A stretch of DNA of 64,000 nt from Candidatus Eiseniibacteriota bacterium (GCA_963707915.1 OY970178.1:1568001-1632000); one strand, 5' to 3'; counted from the stretch's first letter, positions 49,245-59,706 are shown. A program made the numbers and translations. Notes: generated from the letters alone by a model not told the origin.

Positions 49245-50461
49245 GGTTGACCTCCCACGAGCGGATATCGGGCTACCGGCAGCTTGAACTTCGGGTGGCG
49301 CGACTTCCACAACTCCAACGCTTCGCCATATTCCTGGCTGGGGCCGCTCTGCGATCCACCGATCAGCGTATGAGTGACCGTCATGTCCCGGGACATCTCC
49401 CAGTGCCAGAGGTATCGGCCGAGTTGTGCCCCCTTGCCATCCCCCTGCGAGCACACTGCGCAGACCTCGAAGTCAAGGTGGACGGTGTCGATTCCCGTAG
49501 GGAAATGCCTCGGATTGCGCCTGGGGGAATCGACCAGATACGCAGTTGTCCGCGTGTCCCCGGAACGCCCCGGCCGCCCTGTCACCGTAGCACTCGGCTG
49601 GGTGTAGAAGGGGTTATTGACCCGTGCTGGCACATCAACACGCCAGCCAGCAGCGGTGCGCTCCGAATCCTTCTTGGCGCCATCGGAGAAGCCCTGCTCC
49701 GCGTACGACAGGTTCCTGGCGTTCCCTGCCGAGTCCCGCCCCGTGGCGTGAATCACCTGGACCAAGTCGATTCGATCGCAGCGAGGAATGCCACAAACCC
49801 CACTGGGATCGAACTTGACGATCACGGAGTCGAAGCCCCCCCCCGACGCGATCAGGATGCTGTCCCGCCATGGGTTCGCACCCCCCCCGGTCGATACCTC
49901 GATGCGAGCCACCACGCATCCGGTGATATCCCACCACGGCCAAGGCGGCGGGTGGAATTCCCACTGCTCGATCCCGATCGAGTGCCAGCCCGGTGTGGCA
50001 TTCAAGGGCACTGTGATTGTGTCTGACCGCTGGACCGTGTAGGGCGAGAACACCGCGTAGAAGTAGTACCCGGGATTGGTGGGCCAATCCCACCACATGT
50101 CGTATTGTACTCGGTCGTGCTTCTCCCACGGCCAGAAGTTGGTCTCGACCAGTACTTGCGAGCCGGGTGCTGCGCACGAAGGCGTGACCCGCACCACGGG
50201 TCCGGTTGCACGGTACTCCCGGGCGCCCACCTGGCACACGCAGACGCTGAGAAGAACGAGCACGAGGATGACCTGATGCAGGGGACGCGATCGGACTTTC
50301 CAACGCGTCGATCCCAACCGCATTCTCAGGATCGGCGCTCGCACCGCCAAGCACGGGGAGCCGGGTCGCAAGGCGCGATCCGAGCCAGCGGACGCGGCGG
50401 CCACTTCCCGCGTCACTCGATGCAGCACGCCTGCGAGTGCGGTTCGGGCGAGATGGGACAT
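49232..50461 (-). CDS. Hypothetical secreted Trp/Cys-rich protein
   Basis: Long ORF with hydrophobic VILVLVLLSVCVC segment; overlaps the next gene; start uncertain. Confidence 0.6.
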   Translation of the reverse strand: MSHLARTALAGVLHRVTREVAAASAGSDRALRPGSPCLAVRAPILRMRLGSTRWKVRSRPLHQVILVLVLLSVCVCQVGAREYRATGPVVRVTPSCAAPGSQVLVETNFWPWEKHDRVQYDMWWDWPTNPGYYFYAVFSPYTVQRSDTITVPLNATPGWHSIGIEQWEFHPPPWPWWDITGCVVARIEVSTGGGANPWRDSILIASGGGFDSVIVKFDPSGVCGIPRCDRIDLVQVIHATGRDSAGNARNLSYAEQGFSDGAKKDSERTAAGWRVDVPARVNNPFYTQPSATVTGRPGRSGDTRTTAYLVDSPRRNPRHFPTGIDTVHLDFEVCAVCSQGDGKGAQLGRYLWHWEMSRDMTVTHTLIGGSQSGPSQEYGEALELWKSRHPKFKLPVARYPLVGGQPCPR

Positions 50462-50737
50462 GGGCGCGGCCTCCCAAGAGACGTCCTCGACCTCTCAAGC
50501 ATCGAACGAGGCGCCGACTTCACCGGAGCGGCCGAACCTGCAGCCGCGCCAGACGCGGGCGTCCCCGGGCTCGGAATCGAGGGCCTCACGACAAGTAACA
50601 CCTACCCTCCCCCCCGGATGCAAGGCTAGACCTCACATCGTCGCCGGGAATACGACGTGGCGTGTGTGACCCATTTGTGACCCCCTCAGAGTCCTCTCCT
50701 GACCACTCGGGACAACTCAAGGCCACGAAGACGAAAC

Positions 50738-50766
50738 GGCCCCAGCTCACGCAACTCGCTGGGGCC
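50738..50766 (-). terminator. Intrinsic terminator-like hairpin downstream of the tRNA remnant
   Basis: GGCCCCAGC / GCTGGGGCC 9-bp stem followed by GTTTCGTCTT on the minus strand. Confidence 0.6.
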
Positions 50767-50785
50767 AAAGCTATCTAAGTGCTGC

Positions 50786-50867
50786 TGGCGGACTTCCGGT
50801 TCGGGAGGTCAGTTGTTGTGGCAGCGGCTTTCGAGACCGTCCGGTTCAACCGCTCCAGCACCTCTCC
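50786..50867 (-). pseudogene. Damaged tRNA-Ser(CGA)
   Basis: 5' half GGAGAGGTGCTGGAGCGGTTGAACCGGACGGTCTCGAAA and terminal TCCGCCA are present. The intervening 36 nt lack the T-arm (no GTTCGAATC) and most of the 3' acceptor strand. Confidence 0.8.
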
Positions 50868-50976
50868 GGGGCGAGTTACTGACGGCTCACGGAGGACTCC
50901 TCAGGTCGCGATCCCTGAGCAGAAGGCGCCAGCGGAAGCAACGGCGCCATGGACGCGAGGCAGTCACACCGACGCG

Positions 50977-51687
50977 TCAGCGCTCGAGGAGCCGTCGCAC
51001 GCTGCCGAAAACCGCGTGCCACATCGCCCGCGTCAGGCGTCGCGTGTTCGTGTTCTGCCGGCTCGGGTGGTAGGAGGCGACGAGGATACGGCCGTCCGGC
51101 AGGACGGCCTCGGCCCCGTGGGCGAAGCGGGGCCGCTGCGCGACCGGCAGCTGCTCCCACCAGCCCGCCGCCCGCAGCCACGCCTCGTGCGCCACGCCGC
51201 CCAGCGCGAGCACCACGCGCACGCGCGTGAGCAGGGCGTTCTCCGCCTCGAGGTACGGGCGGCAGTTGGCGAGTTCCTCGCGCGTGGGCCGGTTCCCGGG
51301 CGGAGCGCAGCGCGCCGCGGCGGTCACCCACGCGTCCGCGAGGCGCAGGCCGTCGTCGCGGCTCACCGAGCGTGGCTGGTTCGCAAAGCCCGCGCCGTGA
51401 AGGGCCTCGTGCAGCCAGTCCCCGCTCGAGTCCCCGGTGAACATGCGCCCGGTCCGGTTGGCGCCGTGCGCCGCGGGCGCCAGGCCCACCACCAGCAGGC
51501 GCGCCCCGGGGTCGCCGAAGCCCGGCACCGGCCGGCCCCAGTAGGGCTCGTCGCGGAACTCGCGCTTGCGCACTTCGGCCACCAGGCTGCAGTGCGCGCG
51601 CAGTCGCGGACACCGCTCGCAGGCCACCACCGCGCGGCTCACGGCGTCGAGGGAGCGGAACGTGGGGCGGCGATCAGGCAGGTCCAT
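50977..51687 (-). CDS. Uracil-DNA glycosylase, family 5 (UdgB-like)
   Basis: CERCPRL, GLAPAAHGANRTGRMFTGD, CAPPGN, YHPS..NT. Confidence 0.92.
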   Translation of the reverse strand: MDLPDRRPTFRSLDAVSRAVVACERCPRLRAHCSLVAEVRKREFRDEPYWGRPVPGFGDPGARLLVVGLAPAAHGANRTGRMFTGDSSGDWLHEALHGAGFANQPRSVSRDDGLRLADAWVTAAARCAPPGNRPTREELANCRPYLEAENALLTRVRVVLALGGVAHEAWLRAAGWWEQLPVAQRPRFAHGAEAVLPDGRILVASYHPSRQNTNTRRLTRAMWHAVFGSVRRLLER

Positions 51688-51739
51688 GGGCTGGCATCCC
51701 CCCCTTGATTCGGCCGGTTCGAGTCCCTATGTTCCCCGC

Positions 51740-53719
51740 GTGCTTGCCCGATTGAAGGGGCTCCTGCTCGGCGGCCCCAAGAACCTCCTCGACCCGCGCA
51801 TCCATCACAACCTCGCCCTGGTGGCCATGCTGGCCTGGATCGGGCTGGGCGCCGACGGGCTCTCGTCCTCCTCGTACGGCCCCGAGGAGGCGTTCCTCAA
51901 CCTCGGCGGGCACACCCATCTCGCCCTGTACCTGATGGTGGCGACGGTGGTCACCGTCTTCCTGATCTCCGCCTCCTACAGCCAGATCATCGAGCTGTTC
52001 CCCACCGGCGGCGGCGGCTACCTGGTGGGCACCAAGCTGCTGGGGCCCACCGCCGGCATCGTCTCGGGCAGCGCGCTGGTCATCGACTACGTCCTGACCA
52101 TCGCCATCTCGACCGCCGCGGGCGTCGAGGCCATCTTCTCCTTCCTGCCGCCCGAGCTGCAACCCCTGAAGCTGCCGACCGAGCTCCTGGTGGTGACCCT
52201 GCTGACGGGGCTGAACCTGCGCGGGGTCAAGGAATCGATCCTGGTGCTCACCCCGATCTTCCTGACGTTCATGCTGACCCACATCCCGCTCATCCTCTAC
52301 GGCGTGCTGCGCCACTCGAACGCACTGCCCACGCTGATGGCCGACACCGTGACCGACACCCACCAGGCCGTCGCGGAGCTGGGCGCGCTGGGCGTCGCCG
52401 CGGTCTTCCTGCGGGCCTTCTCGATGGGCGGCGGCACCTACACCGGCATCGAGGCCGTCAGCAACAGCACCGACATCCTGCGCGAGCCGCGGGTCGCGAC
52501 CGGCAAGCGCACCATGCTCTACATGGCCACCTCGCTCTCGTTCACCGCCGGCGGCATCCTGCTCTGCTACCTGCTGAACGGCGTGCAGCGCCAGCCCGGC
52601 CGGACCCTGAACGCCTCGCTCTGGGACATCCTCACCGGCGGCTGGAACCTGGGCGGGTTCCCGATCGGCCCGCTGGTGGTCGCGATCACGCTGGTCTCGG
52701 AGGGCGCGCTGCTGTTCGTGGCGGTGCAGACCGGGTTCACCGCGGGACCGCGCACGCTCGCGGCCATGGCGGTGGACGAGTGGGTCCCCAAGCGCATGGC
52801 CCACCTCTCCGAGCGGCTGGTGACCCAGAACGGGGTCATCGCCATGGGGCTCGCCGCGGTCGCGGTGCTGGTCTACACGCTCGGCGCGGTCAAGATCCTG
52901 ATCGTCATGTACTCGATCAACGTGTTCATGACCTTCACCCTCAGCCAGCTGGGCATGGTGCGCCACTGGTGGCAGATGCGCGGCGAGGGCGGGCACTGGC
53001 GGCGCCGCATGATCGTGGCGATGACCGGCACGTCCGTGACCGCGACCGTGCTGGTCGTGACGTCGGTGATCAAGTTCCGCGAGGGCGGCTGGGTGACGCT
53101 GATCGCCACCGGGGGGCTGATCGCCTTCTGCTACCTGGTGCGGTCGCACTACCACCGGGTGCGCAGCATGCTGCGCTCGCTCGACGAGGTGCTGGGGAAC
53201 CTGCCCCTGAGCGAGCACGGCGCCCCGGCGGAGCTGGCCACCGAGGGCCCCACCGCCATCGTGCTGGTCGAGTCCTTCAGCGGCCTGGGCATCCACACGC
53301 TGCTCTCGGTCGTGCGGATGTTCCCGCGCCACTACAAGAACTTCGTCTTCTGCGCCGTGGGCCTGGTGGACTCGGGGCAGTTCAAGGGGGCGAAGGACGT
53401 CGAGGCGCTCGAGGCCAAGGTGCGCGCCGACCTCGAGAAGTACGTGGCGCTGGCGCAGCGCATGGGCGCCTACGCCGAGTATCGCTACACCCTCGGCACC
53501 GACCTGATCTCCGAGCTCGAGGCGATGAGCCTCGACGTCACCCGCGAGTTCCGGCGCTGCGTGGTGTTCGCCGGGCAACTGGTGTTCCAGAAGGAGAACC
53601 TCTTCACCCGCTCGCTCCACCACGAGACCGCCTTCTCGGTCCAGCGCCGGCTGCAATTCCGCGGCGTGCAGGTCGTGATCCTGCCGATCCGCGTCTGGGA
53701 CCACATCCAGGTCGCCTGA
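51740..53719 (+). CDS. APC-superfamily permease (KimA/YdaO-like)
   Basis: ADGLSSSSYGPEE, GGGY, NLRGVKES, TGIEAVSN; many TM helices plus a cytoplasmic C-terminal domain. Confidence 0.88.
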   Translation: MLARLKGLLLGGPKNLLDPRIHHNLALVAMLAWIGLGADGLSSSSYGPEEAFLNLGGHTHLALYLMVATVVTVFLISASYSQIIELFPTGGGGYLVGTKLLGPTAGIVSGSALVIDYVLTIAISTAAGVEAIFSFLPPELQPLKLPTELLVVTLLTGLNLRGVKESILVLTPIFLTFMLTHIPLILYGVLRHSNALPTLMADTVTDTHQAVAELGALGVAAVFLRAFSMGGGTYTGIEAVSNSTDILREPRVATGKRTMLYMATSLSFTAGGILLCYLLNGVQRQPGRTLNASLWDILTGGWNLGGFPIGPLVVAITLVSEGALLFVAVQTGFTAGPRTLAAMAVDEWVPKRMAHLSERLVTQNGVIAMGLAAVAVLVYTLGAVKILIVMYSINVFMTFTLSQLGMVRHWWQMRGEGGHWRRRMIVAMTGTSVTATVLVVTSVIKFREGGWVTLIATGGLIAFCYLVRSHYHRVRSMLRSLDEVLGNLPLSEHGAPAELATEGPTAIVLVESFSGLGIHTLLSVVRMFPRHYKNFVFCAVGLVDSGQFKGAKDVEALEAKVRADLEKYVALAQRMGAYAEYRYTLGTDLISELEAMSLDVTREFRRCVVFAGQLVFQKENLFTRSLHHETAFSVQRRLQFRGVQVVILPIRVWDHIQVA

Positions 53720-53741
53720 GTCCGCCGGCCAGGAGGGAATC

Positions 53742-54518
53742 ATGATCGCCATCGACCTGAGCGGCAGGCATGCCCTCGTCATGGGCGTGGCCAACCACCG
53801 CAGTCTTTCGTGGGCCATCGCGCAGCAGCTGCACCGGGCGGGCGCCCGGCTGTGCCTCACCTACGCCGGCGAGCGGTTGCGGGCCGACGTCGAGCAGCTG
53901 GCCTCGCGCCTGCCCGGCACGATGACCCTCTCCTGCGACGTGACCGAGGACCGCAGCATCACCGCCGTCGCGCGGCGGCTGCAGCGCGAATGGGGCTCGG
54001 TCGAGTGCCTGGTCCACGGCATCGCCTACGCGCGCCGGCAGGATCTCGAGGGCCGGTTCGTCGCGACCTCGCGCGAGGGCTTCCAGATCGCGCTCGAGGT
54101 CAGCGCCTACTCGCTGCTCAACGTCACCCACCACGTGCTCCCGTTGCTCGAGCGTCACGGGGCGAGCATCCTCACGCTCTCCTACCTTGCCGCCGAGCGA
54201 GCGGTGCCCAACTACAACGTCATGGGCAGCGCCAAGGCGGTGCTCGAGCAGAGCGTGCGCCAGCTGGCCTGGGAGCTGGGCCCGAAGGAGATCCGCGTGA
54301 ACGCCATCTCGGCCGGTCCGGTGAGCACCCTGGCCGCGCGCGGCGTCCACGGCTTCGTCGGCATGCTGCGGCATCACGCCGAGCGCGCGCCCCTGCGGCG
54401 CAACATCACGCGCGAAGAGGTCGGCTCGGCGGGGCTCTTCATGCTCTCGGACCTGTCGAGCGGCATCACCGGCGAGACCCTCTACGTGGACGCCGGGTAC
54501 CACGTGATGGGGCTGTAG
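53742..54518 (+). CDS. fabI: Enoyl-ACP reductase
   Basis: GVANHRSLSW, SAYSL, YNVMGSAK, VNAISAGP. Confidence 0.95.
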   Translation: MIAIDLSGRHALVMGVANHRSLSWAIAQQLHRAGARLCLTYAGERLRADVEQLASRLPGTMTLSCDVTEDRSITAVARRLQREWGSVECLVHGIAYARRQDLEGRFVATSREGFQIALEVSAYSLLNVTHHVLPLLERHGASILTLSYLAAERAVPNYNVMGSAKAVLEQSVRQLAWELGPKEIRVNAISAGPVSTLAARGVHGFVGMLRHHAERAPLRRNITREEVGSAGLFMLSDLSSGITGETLYVDAGYHVMGL

Positions 54519-54684
54519 CGCCGGACCCGGCCGGGCCGCCCCGGAACCGGCATGCTGCGGCACGCCGCACGCGTGCCGCGGCGTTGCAGGGCGGCTGGTG
54601 AAATGCGATGATCGCCACTTCTCGGGCCTCGGCGTCCCCCCGTGCACGGGTCGGGCCGATCGCCCCGGCAACCGGAGGCTTCCC

Positions 54685-55227
54685 ATGTCCGTCAAGCGTC
54701 CTGCCTGCATCGCGGTCGCGCTGCTCGTGCTCGCGTCCGTCGCTCTCACCGCGCCCGGCCGGGCGAACGCCGGCACCTGCATCCCGGCGAACTCCGCCGG
54801 GATCTCCGCCACCGTCGCCGGCGCGCTCCCGGCGATCCCCCGCTCGTTCCGGGCCGGTGGGTTCCTCGCCACGGAGCTCCCCGCGGCCGGCGGGAACCTC
54901 GGCGCAGCGCCGCTGGTGACGCTGCTCGCCGCCCCCTCGATCCTGGTCGTCGAGACCCGCGCGATGGCCGGCGCGCCGAGCGTGCTGGCCGCCGGTGCGC
55001 GACCGTCCTCGTCGCGCCCCGCCGGCGGGAGGTCCTTCGTGCAGGTCGCCGCGACCGTGGGAGCCTGCGTGGGGGCCGTCTTCTGCCTCTCCACCAGCTT
55101 CTCGAAGAGCAGCGACGGGAAGCGGGTCGCCGGCATGAATCGCTATGCCGTGCCGGTGGTGTCGATCGGCGCGGGCGCGGCGGCTGGGGCGCTCATCGGC
55201 ACGACCTTCGAGAAGTTCTCACGCTAG
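54685..55227 (+). CDS. Hypothetical secreted/membrane protein
   Basis: GGAGG RBS, signal peptide, C-terminal glycine-rich hydrophobic helices. Confidence 0.55.
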   Translation: MSVKRPACIAVALLVLASVALTAPGRANAGTCIPANSAGISATVAGALPAIPRSFRAGGFLATELPAAGGNLGAAPLVTLLAAPSILVVETRAMAGAPSVLAAGARPSSSRPAGGRSFVQVAATVGACVGAVFCLSTSFSKSSDGKRVAGMNRYAVPVVSIGAGAAAGALIGTTFEKFSR

Positions 55228-55241
55228 CCGAACCGGCGGAC

Positions 55242-56120
55242 CTGGCGCTGGACGCGCGAGTACGCGAGCTGGCGCGCACCGCCCGCTGGACGCCGCGCGC
55301 GCGGACCTGGACGCTCCTGGCCGATGGCCGCTTCTACAAGATCGACCGCCAGGGCGACGACCCGGCCGCCGACCTCGTCCACCCCGGGGCGTGCGCGCGG
55401 GCGGAGGTCGAGTACGCGCTGACCGGCCGGCTGGCGGCGCTGGACGGGGCCATCGCCCGCCCGCTCGCCCGCGTGGACGCGTGCATCGTGGCCCACGCGC
55501 TGGCGGGCGACGACCTCTCCGCCCTGCTGCGGCGGCGTGACCCTTCGGGCCCGAGCGCGCTCGAGGCGGCCATGGCGCTGGCGGGCCGGCTGCACCGGGC
55601 CGGTGGCGCCGCGCTCGCCGGGCTGCCCGTCCACGACTACGCGGGCGATCCCTACCGGCCGGCTCCCCCGGCGATCGTGGCGCGCCTGCGCGCCCGGCCG
55701 CGGACCCTGGTGGTGCGCGGCTTCGAGGTGCGCAACCTCATGACGGACCGTCCCGGCGGGGCGCTGCGCTTCTTCGACCCGCACGAGATCGTGCTCGGCG
55801 CGCCCGAGGAGGACGTCACGCGGTTCCTGCTCTCGCTGCTCATGCTGAACTGGGGCCGCCACGCGAAGGCGCTCGCGTGGAAGCGATTCGACGCCGCGCG
55901 GCTGATCGGGGTCTACGAGGCGGCGAGCGGGGTGCCGCTCGACCGCGAGTTGCTCGCCTACACGTTCGCACTCAACGCCGCGATGCGCCGGGCGCATGGC
56001 CGCCGCGCGGCCGCGGAGCTGGGCGGGTGGCAGGCGTGGGCGGCCGCGCTCTACGGCCGCGCGTACTTCTGGCAGATCGGGAACTGGGGACGACGACATG
56101 GCATTCGACTACGAGGCTGA
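55242..56120 (+). CDS. APH/protein-kinase-fold-like protein (start unresolved)
   Basis: FYKID, RAEVEY, VRGFEVRNL, FFDP and PEEDVTRF occur in kinase-motif order. Confidence 0.55.
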   Translation: MALDARVRELARTARWTPRARTWTLLADGRFYKIDRQGDDPAADLVHPGACARAEVEYALTGRLAALDGAIARPLARVDACIVAHALAGDDLSALLRRRDPSGPSALEAAMALAGRLHRAGGAALAGLPVHDYAGDPYRPAPPAIVARLRARPRTLVVRGFEVRNLMTDRPGGALRFFDPHEIVLGAPEEDVTRFLLSLLMLNWGRHAKALAWKRFDAARLIGVYEAASGVPLDRELLAYTFALNAAMRRAHGRRAAAELGGWQAWAAALYGRAYFWQIGNWGRRHGIRLRG

Positions 56121-56772
56121 GACCCGCAAGCACTACCAGGATGACGCCGCGGCCGCCGACTACCACGAGGCCTTCGCGCGGCGGCGCGGCTGGCGGGCCT
56201 GGCGCTTCCGGGTCGTGGCCGGGCGCGAACGCGCCTCGGTCGGGGCCCTGCTCGCCCGCGTGCCGCACGGGACCATCCTCGACCTGCCCACCGGGAGCGG
56301 CAAGCTCGCTCCGCTGCTGGCGCCCACGGGGGCGCGCGTCACCGCCTGCGACCTCTCGCCCAACATGCTGGCGATCGCCCGCCGGGAATACGCCGCCGCG
56401 GGGATGGCGGACGCGCGTTTCGAGGTCTGCGACGCCGAGCGCATCGGCTCGACGCTGGGCGGGCGTTTCGACGTGGCGGTGTGCCTGCGCCTCATGCACC
56501 GCGTGCCCGCCCCGGTGCGGCGCGGTATCCTGCGGGAGCTGGCCGCGGTGGCGGGGCACACCATCGTCTCGTTCGGGGTCGAGACGGCGTGGCATGCGCT
56601 GCGCCGACGGATCCGGCAGGCCCTGTTCGGCGGCGGCGCCGACCCGCTCTGCTACGCGCCGATCGCCGCGATCCGCGCCGAACTGGCCGAGCACTTCGAG
56701 GTGGTCGAGGCCCGCAGGATCCTGCCGCTGGTCTCGCAGGAGTGGGTGTTCCTGGTGAGACCCCGGGCCTAG
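56098..56772 (+). CDS. Class I SAM-dependent methyltransferase
   Basis: ILDLPTGSG, CDLSPNML, CDAE, FDVAVC..LMH. Confidence 0.9.
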   Translation: MAFDYEAETRKHYQDDAAAADYHEAFARRRGWRAWRFRVVAGRERASVGALLARVPHGTILDLPTGSGKLAPLLAPTGARVTACDLSPNMLAIARREYAAAGMADARFEVCDAERIGSTLGGRFDVAVCLRLMHRVPAPVRRGILRELAAVAGHTIVSFGVETAWHALRRRIRQALFGGGADPLCYAPIAAIRAELAEHFEVVEARRILPLVSQEWVFLVRPRA

Positions 56773-58432
56773 AGCCTGAACAACACCGTCACCAGCACCT
56801 GCGCCAGCAGGATCTTGGCGATCATCGAGGCCGGGTAGACGCTCGCGTACCACTCGTTCGGCATGTCGTTGCCGCTGTGCTGCGTGGCGAAGGCCAGGCA
56901 CGCCGGCTGGGTGTGCATCGCCGGAGACCATGCCCATCACCGCGGACATGGGCAGCCGGAGAAAGCGGTAGCCGACCAGGACGCCGCCCACCGCCACCAC
57001 CGCGGTGATGGCCGCGCCGACCGCGATGGCGAGGCCGCCGCCCTCGCGCGAAGGTCCCGGCGAAACCCTGGCCCGCGCGCGTGCCGACGCCGGCCAGGAA
57101 GAAGACGAGCCCGAGCTGGCGCAGCACCAGGTTCGCCTCGAAGGGCAGTCCCCAGGTGACCGGCCCGGTGCGCTCCAGCCGGCCCAGGATCAGCGCCATG
57201 ATGAGCGGCCCGCCGGCGAAGCCCAGCCGGAAGGTCATGCCGTTGGGCAGCGGCAGCGGGATCATCCCCAGCAGCACGCCGAGCACGATCCCCAGCGACA
57301 GCGAGAGGAAGTCGGTCTCGGAGAGCGCGCGGATGGAGTCGCCGAAGTACTTCGAGACGCGCTCCAGGTCCTCGGCGGGGGCGACCACGCGGACGCGGTC
57401 CCCCAGCTCCAGCACCGTGTCGGACGAGGGCACGAAGTCGGCGTCGCCGCGGCGCAGCCGGGTGATGGTGGCGTTGAAGCGCTCGAGCTGGACCTGGGCC
57501 ACGGTGCGGCCCACGACCTCGTGGCTCGAGACGAAGATGCGCCGGTAGGTGATGCCCGCCGCCTGCGGGACCGGCAGGTGCTCGTTGCACTCCTCGCCGA
57601 GCAGCACGCGGGCGCGCACCAGCGACTCCGCGGTGCCCACCGCCACCACCTGGTCACCGGCGGAGAGCCGCGTGTCCGGCAGGGCCACCACCAGCCGGTC
57701 GCCCTGGCGCACCCGGCTCAGGACGAAGCCCGGGTCCGCCATCAGCGCCAGGGTCTCCTTCACCGTGAGCCCGAACAGGCCCGGGTTGGTCACGCGGTAG
57801 GTGCGCGACTCGATCGCGCCGCCGCCGGCGGTCTTGCGTCGCTCGGCCTCCTCGCGCGCGAAGTCGATGCGGAACAGCCGCGAGAACCCCCAGAAGGCCA
57901 GCAGCACGCCCAGCACGCCGAAGGGGTAGGCCAGGCCGAACGCCACCACCGGCCGCGCCAGCAGCGCGCCGACCTCGGCCGCCGGTTGCCCGGCGCTGAG
58001 CTGCTTCAGGGTCTCCACCGTCGCCGCCAGCGCCGGCGTGTTGGTGAGGGCCCCGCAGAACAGGCCGGCGATCTCCGCGCCCGGCAGCCGCGCCAGGCGC
58101 CCGACCAGCAGCGCGGTCACCGCGCCCGCCACCAGGAGGCCGACCGCCACGAGGTTGAGCTTCATGCCGCGCTTGCCGAACGAAGCGAAGAAGCCCGGCC
58201 CCGACTGCAGCCCCACGGCATACACGAACAGCACCAGTCCGATGACGTAGACGTACTCGGGCAGGGCCAGCGCCGGGTCCAGCGCCCCGATCGCCAGCCC
58301 GACGAAGAGCACGGCGCTCACCCCCAGGCTGAAGCCGAACACCCGGGCGCTGCCCACGAGGTAACCCAGGCCGATCACGCTGAACAGCAGCAGCAGCGGG
58401 TTGGAGGCGAGCAACTGGATGATCTGCGGCAT
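56769..58432 (-). CDS. AspT/YidE/YbjL-family transporter with TrkA-C domains; two frameshifts near the 3' end
   Basis: GLVLFVYAVGL, GALTNTPAL, AGGPL. The C-terminal part (GGGLAIAVGA...; MHTQPACLAFA...YASVYP) lies in shifted frames at ~57045 and ~56920. Confidence 0.85.
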
Positions 58433-58583
58433 GCGTCCTCGGTTCCTGCGGATCGGGTTCGGCGCCGGCCACCGGGCCTGCGGAGGGTCGAATCGGCCCG
58501 CGCAGTCTAGCAGGCCGCGGACCCCGGGGCACGACAGGCCACGGCCCGCGGCGGGCCGCGACGGACCGGATCACGATCCGCGA

Positions 58584-59684
58584 TCACCGCTCCGCGACCG
58601 GCAGGTAGGGCGCCAGCTCGTGACGGAGCAACGGCACCAGGCGCTCCTCGTCGACCCGCTCCCACAACACCGCGAGCGCCCGCTCCCGGTCCCGCACATC
58701 CGTGCCGAGGAACTCCGCGTGCGCGAGCGATACACGGCCGATGGCTCGGCCTCCATCGCACGCGATCAACTCGCCGGACAGCGCGAGGCGGCACAGTGGT
58801 CCGAACGGTCCGGCCTCCCACTTGATCTCGGGGGTCAGCCGCAACTGGTAGCCGCCCTCGGGGCAATCGCGCGGCATGGCGCCGAGCCCGAGGCGGGCCA
58901 GCGCGCCGCCCACGCTGGCGGCCAGCCGCGGGCCGACGTCCGGGCCGCCGCCGACCTCGAGCCCGAGCCGCACGACCGAGAGCCGTTTCGCCCGCGCCAG
59001 CTCCACCCGCTCGTAGAGCGCGGCGTCGGCCACGTAGGGCGGGTGCTCGCGGCGCGTGACGGCGCGCACGCCGAAGGCCGCCTGCGTGAGCCGCGCGAAG
59101 CCCGCCTCGGCACGTCGCAGCGTGGCCGACCAGGCCGGCACGTCGGCGCCCGGCCGGGCGAGGTCCGCCACCGCGGCGCGGAAGTCGAGCGCGGCGAGCT
59201 GGTAGTCAGCTGCCAGGGCGTCCGCGGCCTCGGCGCGCGACAGCCGCGCGACCGCGTGATAGAGGCCCCGCTCGAAGCGCCGCGCCGCGGGGTCGGTGCG
59301 GATCATCTCGGCGTGGGCGAAGGACGTCCGGGTGGCGGTCTCCGAGAGCAGGCGCTGGGAATCCTCGATCACGCCGTCGCGCGAGGTGGAGCTCATGACC
59401 GTGGTGAGCACGGCGCTCATCTCCGACTGCACCTGCGCGGCGACCTGGGCGCGCGCCTGCGACTCCGCCTGCTCGAAGCCGGTGTCGCTCACGCCCTCCG
59501 CCACGATGTACTGCGAGGCGGAGTAGCGCTGCGCTCCTCCGCGCGCGGCCGGCACGCCCGGCGACGTGCCCGCGCACGAGCCCAGGACCGCGGCCAGCCC
59601 CAGGGCGCCCGCAGCACGCAGCAGGCACGCCCGGAACCGCGACCGCCTCGCCGCCCGCATCACCGTCCTCCCTGCCTCCGGCAC
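58584..59684 (-). CDS. LPP20-like lipoprotein
   Basis: Lipobox-like VLGSC; AEGVS...AESQARAQVAAQV pattern. Confidence 0.65.
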   Translation of the reverse strand: MPEAGRTVMRAARRSRFRACLLRAAGALGLAAVLGSCAGTSPGVPAARGGAQRYSASQYIVAEGVSDTGFEQAESQARAQVAAQVQSEMSAVLTTVMSSTSRDGVIEDSQRLLSETATRTSFAHAEMIRTDPAARRFERGLYHAVARLSRAEAADALAADYQLAALDFRAAVADLARPGADVPAWSATLRRAEAGFARLTQAAFGVRAVTRREHPPYVADAALYERVELARAKRLSVVRLGLEVGGGPDVGPRLAASVGGALARLGLGAMPRDCPEGGYQLRLTPEIKWEAGPFGPLCRLALSGELIACDGGRAIGRVSLAHAEFLGTDVRDRERALAVLWERVDEERLVPLLRHELAPYLPVAER

Positions 59685-59706
59685 CGATGTCCCCGCTCGA
59701 AGGCGC

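Noticed and set aside
50786..50867. Functional or intron-containing tRNA-Ser
   Set aside because: No T-loop consensus, incomplete acceptor pairing and no downstream 3' exon found.
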